Part shown: positions 63,973-64,000 of the stretch, in pieces
How the letters are laid out: every line of letters begins with the position of its first letter
Numbering within the stretch: the first letter of the stretch is position 1
Assembly: GCA_001567275.1 (NCBI GenBank)
Contig: LNBX01000026.1
Span: 64,056 to 128,055 of the forward strand
Origin: Bacteroidetes bacterium OLB10
Lineage (GTDB): Bacteria > Bacteroidota > Bacteroidia > AKYH767-A > OLB10
DNA: 64,000 nucleotides
Reading direction: 5' to 3'
Notes under the pieces: generated by a model
Database searches by the model: none
Seen by the model: the letters and a program-made list of their open reading frames with translations, nothing else
What the model was told of the DNA's origin: nothing
Made by a program: the position numbers and the translations under genes

Positions 63973-64000
63973 CCCATGGAATTATTTATACTACCTCTTA

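Noticed and set aside
1-64000. CRISPR arrays, transposases, integrases, restriction-modification or toxin-antitoxin modules
   Set aside because: I found no repeat-spacer periodicity and no ORF with recombinase, transposase, nuclease-methylase or small toxin/antitoxin signatures; the window appears to be core chromosome.

Overview
The window reads as a chromosomal core region of a Bacteroidota (Bacteroidetes) genome, about 40% GC, with genes on both strands and mostly housekeeping content. The phylum call rests on a T9SS translocon sprA, two proteins with Por/T9SS C-terminal sorting domains, DUF3078/DUF4199/DUF5103 family proteins, and TAnnTTTG -7 promoter boxes. Housekeeping genes include purine biosynthesis (purK, purC, purL), hpt, adk, transaldolase, rpsO-pnp, rpsT, rpmE, tRNA-Glu, carA, ruvA, radC, maeB, hmgA, mscL, ridA, the GTPases der and era, an ExbB-ExbD-ExbD-TonB-PstS-like-TPR cluster, and envelope/polysaccharide genes (a CapD-like dehydratase, two GT2 glycosyltransferases, a PASTA protein and a Ddl-like ligase). 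I found no CRISPR array, transposase, integrase, toxin-antitoxin pair or obvious defence island. The observations most worth a second look are: (1) an 897-aa protein built of two complete D-Ala-D-Ala-ligase-like ATP-grasp modules in tandem; (2) an unrecognised ~600-aa protein plus an FkbM methyltransferase behind a 305-bp leader after purC; (3) a small family of GC-rich palindromic REP-like elements sharing the core CCCGGCAG...CTGCCGGGAGTCAG; (4) a GT2 fused to a truncated phosphoglycosyltransferase-like C-terminus; and (5) at least six genes, including the normally essential era, split by single-base frameshifts that are mostly in A/T homopolymers, which points to systematic sequencing error rather than real pseudogenes. 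No single locus stands out as a clearly novel multi-gene system.
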